DNA of 41,171 nucleotides from an uncultured Prevotella sp. Its GTDB lineage: Bacteria; Bacteroidota; Bacteroidia; Bacteroidales; Bacteroidaceae. The notes beneath the pieces are model-generated. The model saw only the letters and a program-made list of their open reading frames with translations. It did no database searches and had not been told where the DNA came from. The DNA lies in NCBI GenBank assembly GCA_963551095.1, contig CAUVFB010000001.1, positions 1-41,171 of the forward strand. Reading direction: 5' to 3'. Shown here piece by piece: positions 1 to 8,243 of the stretch (within the stretch, counting starts at the first letter, position 1; each line of letters starts with the position of its first letter). Made by a program: the position numbers and the translations under genes.

Positions 1-405
1 ATGTATGAAATTTACAAAGACAAAGGAATCACAAAGATAGTAGGCATAGAAAGCCGCGGATTCGTAATGTCTTCCGCTCTAGCACTTCGCCTTGGAGCCG
101 GAATTATCTTGTGCCGAAAACCCGGCAAGCTCCCTTGCGAGACTGTACAAGAGAGTTACGCGAAAGAATACGGCATTGATACGATTGAGATACATAAAGA
201 TGCCATTGACGAGAATGACATTATTCTCCTTCACGACGACCTCCTTGCCACAGGCGGAACAATGAAGGCAGCCTGCAATCTAGTCAAGAAATTCCACCCC
301 AAAAGAGTTTATTGCAATTTCATTATTGAGCTTCAGAAAGAGTTTCCCCATAGTCATGAAACTTTTGACAAAGATATTAAAATTTCTTCTTTACTTAAAT
401 TCTAA
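1..405 (+). CDS. apt: Adenine phosphoribosyltransferase (5'-truncated by window edge)
   Basis: GIESRGF, RKPGKLP, YAKEYG and PRPP-binding LLHDDLLATGGT motifs; N-terminal part missing. Confidence 0.95.
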   Translation: MYEIYKDKGITKIVGIESRGFVMSSALALRLGAGIILCRKPGKLPCETVQESYAKEYGIDTIEIHKDAIDENDIILLHDDLLATGGTMKAACNLVKKFHPKRVYCNFIIELQKEFPHSHETFDKDIKISSLLKF

Positions 406-673
406 GCAAGCATCGTACTCTCAGGAGGAAACGACACATTTACCCCTTGCTTTATTTACAAGACAAAATATCGTATACCACTTCTTAACGACCGCCCCCT
501 ACCAATGACATACAACCCAACAGTTAATCAGAGACCAAACACTTTGATTTTATAACGTGCACAATATTAGTACACTTAAAGAATGCATCACACTAACAAA
601 ACAAAGAGAGCTTTCACGTAAGCAGAAAAAGAAACTTTCAGATCTTCAACGCATCACCCCCTCATGCGTTTAC

Positions 674-689
674 GGTTTCACGTGAAACA
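674..689. promoter_or_regulatory. parS centromere-like site (ParB binding)
   Basis: GGTTTCACGTGAAACA matches the parS consensus TGTTTCACGTGAAACA at 15/16; lies upstream of the preferred uvrC start. Confidence 0.8.
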
Positions 690-729
690 AAACAAGCCAA
701 ATAACTTTATAATAAGGGAGTTACAATGT

Positions 730-2577
730 ATGGAAAAAGAAGAAAACATAAAAAGACTGGAGCGTCTCAAGAGCATCGTGTCGGCACTTCCGGAAAAGCC
801 TGGGACGTATCAATACTACGACAAGGAGCATATCATCATTTATGTAGGCAAAGCCAAGAACCTGAAACAGCGTGTGTCGTCTTATTTTTACAAAGAAGTT
901 GATCGCTTCAAGACTAAGGTCCTCGTTTCAAAGATCTACGATATCTCTTATTCTGTGGTTAATTCTGAGGAAGATGCACTCTTAATCGAGAATCAACTCA
1001 TCAAACAATACAAACCAAAGTACAATGTCTTGCTGAAAGATGGGAAGACTTACCCCAGCATTTGCGTAAGCAACGAGTATCTACCACGCATTTTCAAGAC
1101 ACGGACTATTAATAAACGCTATGGAACATTCTATGGTCCATACAGCCATATAGGCAATATGTATACCATTTTAGACATTATCAAAAAGCTATACAAGCCT
1201 CGTACTTGCCATTTCCCCTTTACCAAAGAAAAAATAGCACAGCATTGCTACAAGCCGTGCCTTGAGTTTCATCTCGGCAACTGTGGTGCTCCATGTATCG
1301 GCAAGCAGAGTTACGACGACTATCAGCATAATATTCTGCAGGCACGTGAGGTTTTGAAAGGCAATACACGCGCACTCCAACGAGCCATCAAGGAAGAGAT
1401 GGAGCAGCATGCGGCAGAATTGAGGTTTGAAGAAGCCGAAATCTGCAAGCAACGCTACCTTGCTTTAGAGAGATTCGTGGCCAAGAGCGAGATTGTCAGC
1501 CATACTATCACAGATGTAGATGTCTTTGCTATTGTCGATGATGACAGCAAAAAAGTTGCTTTCATCAATTATATACATGTCAAGAATGGTGCTGTCAATC
1601 AAAGTTTCACCTACGAATACAAGCGCAAACTGAACGAAACGAAGACTGAACTCCTCAATGAAGCCATCCCCGAAATTCGGGAACGATTTAAGAGCAAGGC
1701 TCACGAAATCATCGTTCCATTCGAGTTGGACTTCAATGTAAAGGATGCTCGATTCTTCATACCCCAGCGTGGCGACAAAAAGCATCTGCTGGAACTCTCC
1801 GAAATGAACGCCAAACAATATAAATTCGACCGATTAAAACTGACGGAGAAGCTCTATCCTGAACAGAAACAAACCCGATTGATGAAAGAACTACAGGAAA
1901 AACTGAAGCTTCCCAAGCTACCTTATCAAATCGAATGCTTCGACAACTCCAACATTTCGGGTACTGATGCCGTGGCAGGCTGTATAGTATATAAAGGTAT
2001 GAAGCCCTCAAAAAAAGATTATCGGAAGTACAATATCAAGACCGTCGTGGGTCCTAATGACTACGCTTCCATGCAGGAAATTGTACGACGCCGCTACTCT
2101 CGCATGAAAGAAGAGGACACTCCCCTCCCCGATCTCATCATTACCGATGGTGGAAAAGGGCAGATGGATGTAGTGAAAGAGGTGGTCGTGGACGAGCTAC
2201 ACCTTGACATTCCCATCGCCGGACTTACCAAGAATAGCCGACACCGCACCAATGAACTGCTCTATGGGTTCCCTCCAAAGACCATCGGACTCGATACAAA
2301 GTCGGAACTCTTCAAAGTTCTCACTCAAATACAAGACGAAGTACATCGATTTGCTATTACCTTCCACCGCGACAAACGCTCCCAACGCCAGTTACATAGT
2401 GAATTAGACGATATAAAAGGTATCGGTTCGAAACTCAAGGAACGGTTATTGAAGAAGCTAAAGACCGTGAGAAATATAAAAGAAGCTGATATCCAACAGC
2501 TTGCAGAGCTGTTAGGAGAAAGCAAAGGTGCCCTTGTCTACAATTATTTCCATACCAACGAGGAGCAATCCAAATAA
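730..2577 (+). CDS. uvrC: Excinuclease ABC subunit C
   Basis: GIY-YIG domain (PGTYQYY..IIYVGKAKNL), IECFDNSN, DGGKGQ, C-terminal HhH; ATG at 730 preferred over the ORF-track start at 664. Confidence 0.97.
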   Translation: MEKEENIKRLERLKSIVSALPEKPGTYQYYDKEHIIIYVGKAKNLKQRVSSYFYKEVDRFKTKVLVSKIYDISYSVVNSEEDALLIENQLIKQYKPKYNVLLKDGKTYPSICVSNEYLPRIFKTRTINKRYGTFYGPYSHIGNMYTILDIIKKLYKPRTCHFPFTKEKIAQHCYKPCLEFHLGNCGAPCIGKQSYDDYQHNILQAREVLKGNTRALQRAIKEEMEQHAAELRFEEAEICKQRYLALERFVAKSEIVSHTITDVDVFAIVDDDSKKVAFINYIHVKNGAVNQSFTYEYKRKLNETKTELLNEAIPEIRERFKSKAHEIIVPFELDFNVKDARFFIPQRGDKKHLLELSEMNAKQYKFDRLKLTEKLYPEQKQTRLMKELQEKLKLPKLPYQIECFDNSNISGTDAVAGCIVYKGMKPSKKDYRKYNIKTVVGPNDYASMQEIVRRRYSRMKEEDTPLPDLIITDGGKGQMDVVKEVVVDELHLDIPIAGLTKNSRHRTNELLYGFPPKTIGLDTKSELFKVLTQIQDEVHRFAITFHRDKRSQRQLHSELDDIKGIGSKLKERLLKKLKTVRNIKEADIQQLAELLGESKGALVYNYFHTNEEQSK

Positions 2578-2583
2578 AATCAG

Positions 2584-2591
2584 TACATTTG
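2584..2591 (+). promoter_or_regulatory. Bacteroidota -7 promoter element upstream of dtd
   Basis: TACATTTG fits TAnnTTTG, 4 nt before the dtd ATG. Confidence 0.6.
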
Positions 2592-2595
2592 CGGT

Positions 2596-3048
2596 ATGAG
2601 AATCGTAATCCAGCGTGTCTCCCGCGCTTCTGTAACCATCAATGGTAAGATTAAATCGTCCATTGGTCCGGGACTTCTTATTCTACAGGGAGTAGGCGAA
2701 AATGACACCCGTGAGGATGCAGACTGGCTTGCACGAAAGGTTATCGGGCTTAGAGTATTCGACGACGAGGACGGTGTGATGAACCGTTGTATCATGGACA
2801 CAGGCGGCGAAATCCTCGTTGTATCGCAGTTTACTCTCCTTGCCAGTTACAAAAAGGGAAATCGCCCCAGTTATATCCACGCTGCCAAGCACGAAACTTC
2901 CATTCCACTCTACGAATACTTTTGCGACGAGCTATCGAAAGCATTGGGGAAGCCTGTTGAAACCGGCGAGTTTGGAGCAGAAATGAAAGTGGAACTACTG
3001 AATGACGGACCGGTAACCATTTGTATGGATACCAAGAATAAAGAGTAG
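2596..3048 (+). CDS. dtd: D-aminoacyl-tRNA deacylase
   Basis: MRIVIQRV, VSQFTL, KGNRPS, NDGPVT motifs. Confidence 0.97.
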   Translation: MRIVIQRVSRASVTINGKIKSSIGPGLLILQGVGENDTREDADWLARKVIGLRVFDDEDGVMNRCIMDTGGEILVVSQFTLLASYKKGNRPSYIHAAKHETSIPLYEYFCDELSKALGKPVETGEFGAEMKVELLNDGPVTICMDTKNKE

Positions 3049-3204
3049 AAACAAAGACTCCCCACATCCTTTTTATGACAAAAGAGGAGAGTAAAAAGCC
3101 TTGCAGGAGGGAGAGAAGTGGCTTCTTAGAGCATTTTATCAGCATCATCAGGCATATTGACTCTATAAACCAAGTCCTCACAAGTCCCATTAAAGAAAGA
3201 AACA

Positions 3205-3546
3205 ATGACCATCCAAGAAGCACAAGAGGCGGTTGACCGTTGGATAAAGGAATACGGAGTGCGTTATTTCAGCGAACTCACCAATATGGCATGCCTCACC
3301 GAGGAAGTCGGCGAGCTGGCGCGCGTCATCGCTCGCAGCTACGGCGACCAGAGTTTCAAGCCCGGCGAGAAGCCGAACATAGGCGAAGAGATGGCAGACG
3401 TACTGTGGGTGCTCCTCTGTCTCGCCAATCAGACGGGCGTAGACCTCACCGACGAACTGCAGAAGAGTTTCGACAAGAAGACCAACAGAGACAGAGAGCG
3501 ACACAAAAACAACCCCAAGCTGGCTGCGAAAGGGAAAGACGCCTAA
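3205..3546 (+). CDS. MazG-like nucleotide pyrophosphohydrolase (YpjD-like)
   Basis: LTEEVGELAR and EEMADVLW motifs. Confidence 0.9.
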   Translation: MTIQEAQEAVDRWIKEYGVRYFSELTNMACLTEEVGELARVIARSYGDQSFKPGEKPNIGEEMADVLWVLLCLANQTGVDLTDELQKSFDKKTNRDRERHKNNPKLAAKGKDA

Positions 3547-3712
3547 TCAGAAATGCACCAACAGCCCCCTCGAGCCTTACACTCCGCCAACAACCTTGCA
3601 TGAAGATCCTTTTTGTGCCGCCCATCGCTCAACAAGCATCAATGAAACAGAACACAACCAACCAACTTCTATTGGCTGATAACGCCACAAAGCAACCACA
3701 TAAGTTCAATAA

Positions 3713-4558
3713 ATGAAAGCAACAAAAGACTTAAAAGCATGGGAATGGGGGCTTCTGCTCTTCGGAAGAATCATCCTTTTCACTTTCCTTGCAGGCCTGG
3801 CAACCTTGTTTCAATCTGTTACAAGCAACAACTGGCTCAACTCCGCGTTCCTGCTTGCAGCCGGCGTTCTCTTTCTTCTTATCTATCATTATTGGAACGA
3901 GCGTGTAGAAAGGCGCGAGGCAACTGAAACAGCTCCCGACCAAATGGTCGCCGACACCGCCAAGGGCTTCCTCGTCGGTTTTATCTACTTTGGAGTGGTA
4001 ACGGGAACAATGGCTTTGGCCGGCGATTACCATATAACGGGCATCCGATTTGATACCGACCAGCAGCTACTTTACCTTTGCCTTTACTTCACGGTAGCCC
4101 TTTCGGAAGAGATCATCTTCCGCGGTATTTTCTTTCGCCTACTTGACGAGAGATGGGGCATGTGGACTTCATTTGCTGTCTCTGCGCTGTTCTTCGGACT
4201 AATGCACCTCTCCAACGATAACGCCACCATTTGGTCGGCCATCTGCATCGCCTTGGAAGCCGGCCTTCCCCTCGCTGCCGCCTACAAATACAGCGGCAAT
4301 CTTTGGCTACCCATAGGCATTCACTGGGCTTGGAATTACACGCAAGGCAACATATTCGGCTTTGGTGTATCGGGAATTCAGGGACAACCCAGCCTCTTCA
4401 CGCCTCGTATAGAAGGATCGGAATGGCTTACGGGAGGCGCATTCGGTGCAGAAGCATCGGTGATAGCCGCCATTGGCGGACTCATACTGTCGGCTTGGTT
4501 CATTCATAAAATCATCAAGAACGAACAACCAAGGCGAGTTGACTGCACAAGCGAGTAA
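3713..4558 (+). CDS. CPBP (CAAX/Abi-family) intramembrane glutamic endopeptidase
   Basis: Multiple hydrophobic segments; EEIIFRG, FGLMH, HWAWN motifs; GGAFGAEAS tail motif. Confidence 0.9.
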   Translation: MKATKDLKAWEWGLLLFGRIILFTFLAGLATLFQSVTSNNWLNSAFLLAAGVLFLLIYHYWNERVERREATETAPDQMVADTAKGFLVGFIYFGVVTGTMALAGDYHITGIRFDTDQQLLYLCLYFTVALSEEIIFRGIFFRLLDERWGMWTSFAVSALFFGLMHLSNDNATIWSAICIALEAGLPLAAAYKYSGNLWLPIGIHWAWNYTQGNIFGFGVSGIQGQPSLFTPRIEGSEWLTGGAFGAEASVIAAIGGLILSAWFIHKIIKNEQPRRVDCTSE

Positions 4559-4601
4559 CATTCAAAACATAAACCCATCAGATATCAAGATTGCTAAAGT
4601 T

Positions 4602-5513
4602 ATGGAAACAAACAAAGTAGAGATGATCAACACCAGTAAGTACGACGCTATGCTGAAAGAGTATAACCTCAACCTCACCGATGAGGAGGTAAAAGCTGCC
4701 GTCAAGAAGATTATCGCTGAGAAAGTAGCCGGGAACGACAACACTGAAGTGAAGAAATTCCTCCTGGGAAGTGTCGAACTGACCTCGCTCCGTACCACAG
4801 ACACCGAAGAGGAAATCCTCGCCATGGTGGAGAAAGTGAACCGTTTCGAAACCGAATATCCCACCCTACCCCACGTGGCAGCCGTCTGCGCCTACCCGAC
4901 TTTCACGCGTCTGATAGCAGAAAGTCTTGAGGTCGATGGTGTAGAGATAACCAACGTAACGGGATGTTTCCCCTCTTCGCAGGCAGTTTTGGAGATTAAG
5001 ACCATCGAAACTGCCCTCGCCATCAAAGACGGAGCAACCAACATCGACATTGTACTCCCCGTCGGCAAGTTCCTTTCGGGCGATTACGAGGACGTATGCG
5101 ACACGATCAGCGAGCTGAAACAAACCTGTGGCGACGTGCCCATGAAGGTAATCCTCGAGACGGGCGACCTGAAGACTCCTTCAAACATCAAGACCGCCGC
5201 CCTACTCTCCATGTTTTCGGGTGCCGACTACATCAAGACGAGCACTGGAAAAGAGAAGATCAGTGCTACGCCGGAAGCGGTTTACATTATGTGCCAGGCC
5301 ATCAAGGAGTACTACAACAAGACCGGCCGACAGGTAGGACTGAAGCCTGCGGGCGGAATCAACACGGTTATGGATGCCGTCATCTACTATACCATCTTCA
5401 AGGAAGTGCTCGGCGAGAAGTGGCTCACCAACTATTGGTTCCGCATGGGTACCAGCCGCCTCACCAATCTGCTCCTGAGCGAGATTGAAGGCAAAGAGAT
5501 TAAGTTCTTTTAA
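4602..5513 (+). CDS. deoC: Deoxyribose-phosphate aldolase
   Basis: DIVLP, KVILETG, YIKTSTGK, GLKPAGGI, RMGTS; start placed at ATG 4602 (METNK). Confidence 0.95.
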   Translation: METNKVEMINTSKYDAMLKEYNLNLTDEEVKAAVKKIIAEKVAGNDNTEVKKFLLGSVELTSLRTTDTEEEILAMVEKVNRFETEYPTLPHVAAVCAYPTFTRLIAESLEVDGVEITNVTGCFPSSQAVLEIKTIETALAIKDGATNIDIVLPVGKFLSGDYEDVCDTISELKQTCGDVPMKVILETGDLKTPSNIKTAALLSMFSGADYIKTSTGKEKISATPEAVYIMCQAIKEYYNKTGRQVGLKPAGGINTVMDAVIYYTIFKEVLGEKWLTNYWFRMGTSRLTNLLLSEIEGKEIKFF

Positions 5514-5535
5514 TCCCACTGACAGCCCTACTCAC

Positions 5536-5569
5536 AGAGGATGTGCCAAAACAAACGGGCACATCCTCT
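5536..5569. terminator. Hairpin downstream of deoC
   Basis: AGAGGATGTGCC-N10-GGCACATCCTCT, perfect 12-bp stem followed by a pyrimidine-rich run. Confidence 0.6.
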
Positions 5570-5837
5570 CTCCTTTTCCCTTAAGCCATTGTGTCTTGAG
5601 GCCGTCTGAACCCAATACACCAAGGATCACTTCTTTTCTTACACACCCCATCCGACGATACGTCTTCCTGCATACGGATATAGCGGAGACACGATGAAGA
5701 ATGGGCCTAACCACCCCGGATACGCCCGTCAGACTGCCGGCCGCCGTCCTTACACTTTGTCTTTGCCCGTACTTCCTCTTGCTTCCCATCCCTCATTGCG
5801 AAGCACTTTGCATCGTATATGTTCTTGTTCCAGGAAA

Positions 5838-5965
5838 TTATCAGCATGCTGATAACTTTTTATCACACCGCTGATAACTTTTTATCACATCGCTGATAAA
5901 TATTTATCACACGGCTGATAACTTTTTATCGCGCTGCTGATAACTTTTTATCACACGGCTGATAA
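5838..5965. repeat. Array A: six palindromic TTATCA-N6-TGATAA units, 22-bp period
   Basis: Units start at 5838, 5860, 5882, 5904, 5926, 5948; linkers CTTT, CTTT, ATAT, CTTT, CTTT. Confidence 0.97.
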
Positions 5966-6001
5966 CTTACTTGTACAACAGCAACGGCATGGCAAAGTCT
6001 T

Positions 6002-6089
6002 TAAGGAAATGTCATGGAATACTTAAAGGAATACCATGGGATGCCTAAAGGAACGCCACCGGATGCTTAATGGCATGCCGTGGGATGCT
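6002..6089. repeat. Degenerate 22-bp tandem repeat x4
   Basis: TAAGGAAATGTCATGGAATACT / TAAAGGAATACCATGGGATGCC / TAAAGGAACGCCACCGGATGCT / TAATGGCATGCCGTGGGATGCT. Confidence 0.8.
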
Positions 6090-6132
6090 TATAAGGGAAA
6101 GACGACGCTTCAGGTGCCGACAGCACAGAAGT

Positions 6133-6202
6133 AAAAAAAAGGGCCGTTCCGGAGCTTTCGTTATTGGATTCCTGTCCAATATCCGCTCTGGAACGGCCTT
6201 TT
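6133..6202 (-). terminator. Intrinsic terminator for the 6321-7610 gene
   Basis: Long stem GGCCGTTCCGGAGC...GCTCTGGAACGGCC with an A8 run at 6133-6140 (U8 tail on the minus strand). Confidence 0.75.
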
Positions 6203-6320
6203 CATGTGGCAGAGGTGCCGGAATGCAGCAACAATGTCCTTATCTTTAACGTCCGGCACACCTGCCTACCCTATTTTCCAAGGAGAAGAAAGACCTCTCC
6301 CTACAGTTTGTGCAGACGCA

Positions 6321-7610
6321 CTAACGCTGCAACGCAACCTTATACGTTCTTCCGCCAACAGCAACAATATAGATGCCCGGCGACGGCAGAACCACGGAGA
6401 AGTGGCGGGAAGAAGCGGCGAGGCGGGCAACAAGCCTTCCGTCGGCTGCATAAACGGCTATCGGCTTCCCGATAGGTGCATTGTCGACAACGATACTCCG
6501 CTCGGATGCCCTCACTTCGATGCTTCTGCCTATGGTCTTGCTCACTCCGTCGCTGACGTTGACCGAGAAGTTGCTCTGTGCATTGACCGCTACGCGCCCG
6601 TCGGCAGAGATGATTGTCCCCTCGGGAATGACGATACAGCAACCGCCCTCGGGAACCTTCACACCGCCGAAGTCGCACGACAGAATCCAAATGCTTTTGT
6701 TCTGGGAGAGTACGGGGGTTACTTCCTTTATGATTTCGTTGCGAACGTTCAGCAAACGAACCTTGGGGTCGGCAGCGAGCTTGATAGCCCGCTTGTAATA
6801 GAAGCGCACTTCGTTGAGCACATCCAGCGTGTCGTGTTGTTCGTAGAGGCTGCACCAGTCATAGGCAATCTGTTCTACGGGCTGGGTATATCCTCCGATG
6901 AAGTCGACTCTCGTCTCCGCATTGGTTATATCGTTGCGCTCCCAGGCACGCAGGCTTCCCGCCGGCAGCACGACAGAGTAGTGTACGCTGTCCTCAAAGA
7001 CCATATCCTTGCCGAAATGTACCTGTGCCTGACCCAAATCCCAGTCCCATGTAACGTCTGCAGCGTAAGTTCTCACGGCCACTCCCTCACGGTAGAGCGT
7101 CATCATAGGCTGTCCTATCGGCTCAGTCTCTGCCGGGTAGTAGAAACAAAAATGGTCTGCAGCCGCAACGCGTGTTCCGTTCTTAATCGTGCAGTCGTTG
7201 CTGACGAGAAACTCGGGAATATCAAAGTCATAATCCACCTTCTCCGTCTTCCGCGTAGGGAAGTCCTTGCTGTAATAGGCCCCCTCTGAGATTTGCAGAC
7301 GGTAGGATTTGCCCTTGGGCAGAATGAGATGGTCGAAGGTAATAATGGCAATGCCGTCGGAAAACTCTCTCCCGCCGTCTTGGGCAGTCATCTTTCCGGT
7401 GGCGACAGTCTCACCATTGCAGGTAATGACAGCCGTTGCGTTGTCCGCCACTACTACGCTGCCCCCGAAAGTCAGGCAGACTTCGTTTATCGAACGATAG
7501 ATATAACGGTAAATGTTGCACCCTCGCGGTATCAGCGTCTCACCGGTAGCATGTGCAGATACCACAAACATACACAGGGCGACGATGCTGAGAAGTAAAT
7601 TCTTTTTCAT
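6321..7610 (-). CDS. Secreted protein with tandem Ig-like domains and a probable T9SS C-terminal sorting domain
   Basis: Signal peptide MKKNLLLSIVALCMFVVSAHA; recurring beta-rich motifs (YRLQISEGA, YSVVLPAGS, CIVIPEGT); CTD-like end IAVYAADGRLV...PGIYIVAVGGRTYKV. Confidence 0.75.
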   Translation of the reverse strand: MKKNLLLSIVALCMFVVSAHATGETLIPRGCNIYRYIYRSINEVCLTFGGSVVVADNATAVITCNGETVATGKMTAQDGGREFSDGIAIITFDHLILPKGKSYRLQISEGAYYSKDFPTRKTEKVDYDFDIPEFLVSNDCTIKNGTRVAAADHFCFYYPAETEPIGQPMMTLYREGVAVRTYAADVTWDWDLGQAQVHFGKDMVFEDSVHYSVVLPAGSLRAWERNDITNAETRVDFIGGYTQPVEQIAYDWCSLYEQHDTLDVLNEVRFYYKRAIKLAADPKVRLLNVRNEIIKEVTPVLSQNKSIWILSCDFGGVKVPEGGCCIVIPEGTIISADGRVAVNAQSNFSVNVSDGVSKTIGRSIEVRASERSIVVDNAPIGKPIAVYAADGRLVARLAASSRHFSVVLPSPGIYIVAVGGRTYKVALQR

Positions 7611-8057
7611 ATGGGGTTCCTTTCTTTTGAGTTATAAATTCTTGCTTGCTCACTTGAAAGCGAGGCTGCATCAGAGGGCGTTCAACCCATGGATACTCTC
7701 TCTTTGGTAGCATCAACTTCAGGTATCACGTCCACAGGTTCTGCCGATCGTACAAATTGCATACAACTGGCTTTATACTCCATATAGAACGATCAAGATT
7801 CCTGCTTTTCTACCTGATGCAGCCTCCTGCTACAGCTGGCGGAGTATCGCTGTCGGGAATGGAATACGTAGAAAGTTTCATCATCTGTTGTGCTGAGTTT
7901 ATATTATGATTATCTTTTGCGCGTGAACCGGACACTTTCGTACATTCATTTCTCGTTCCGTGCATGTCCATGTTCGGTGTTTACAAAGTCAGTAGCAGAA
8001 GTATTTTTCTCATATCCTTTGCTCTGTGTAGATGAAAACTAAGTTTTATGTCTTTCG

Positions 8058-8065
8058 CAAATATA
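8058..8065 (-). promoter_or_regulatory. -7 promoter element pointing toward 6321-7610
   Basis: CAAATATA on + reads TATATTTG on -. Confidence 0.55.
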
Positions 8066-8243
8066 CGAAAAAGGTTTCAAAGATTAAGTAGGGGAAGGCA
8101 TTTTAATACTTTTTATTATCAAGCAGTGTGCATTTCACATATCATTATATATTCCTTGGCGAATCCGTATCTTCATGCGCTGCACTTATCAGTCCGTTAT
8201 ACGAGACACGACTTGAGACAAATCAGGAGGAAGAGAAGCCGTT

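Noticed and set aside
5838..5965. Arrays A and B as Fur boxes, DnaA boxes or mini-CRISPRs
   Set aside because: Junctions are TGATAA-N4-TTATCA rather than the N3 spacing of the Fur 7-1-7 box; TTATCACA is not TTATCCACA; 6-bp centres are too short for spacers
6204..7289. 361-aa plus-strand ORF
   Set aside because: Antisense shadow of the 6321-7610 gene, which has a signal peptide and coherent domains
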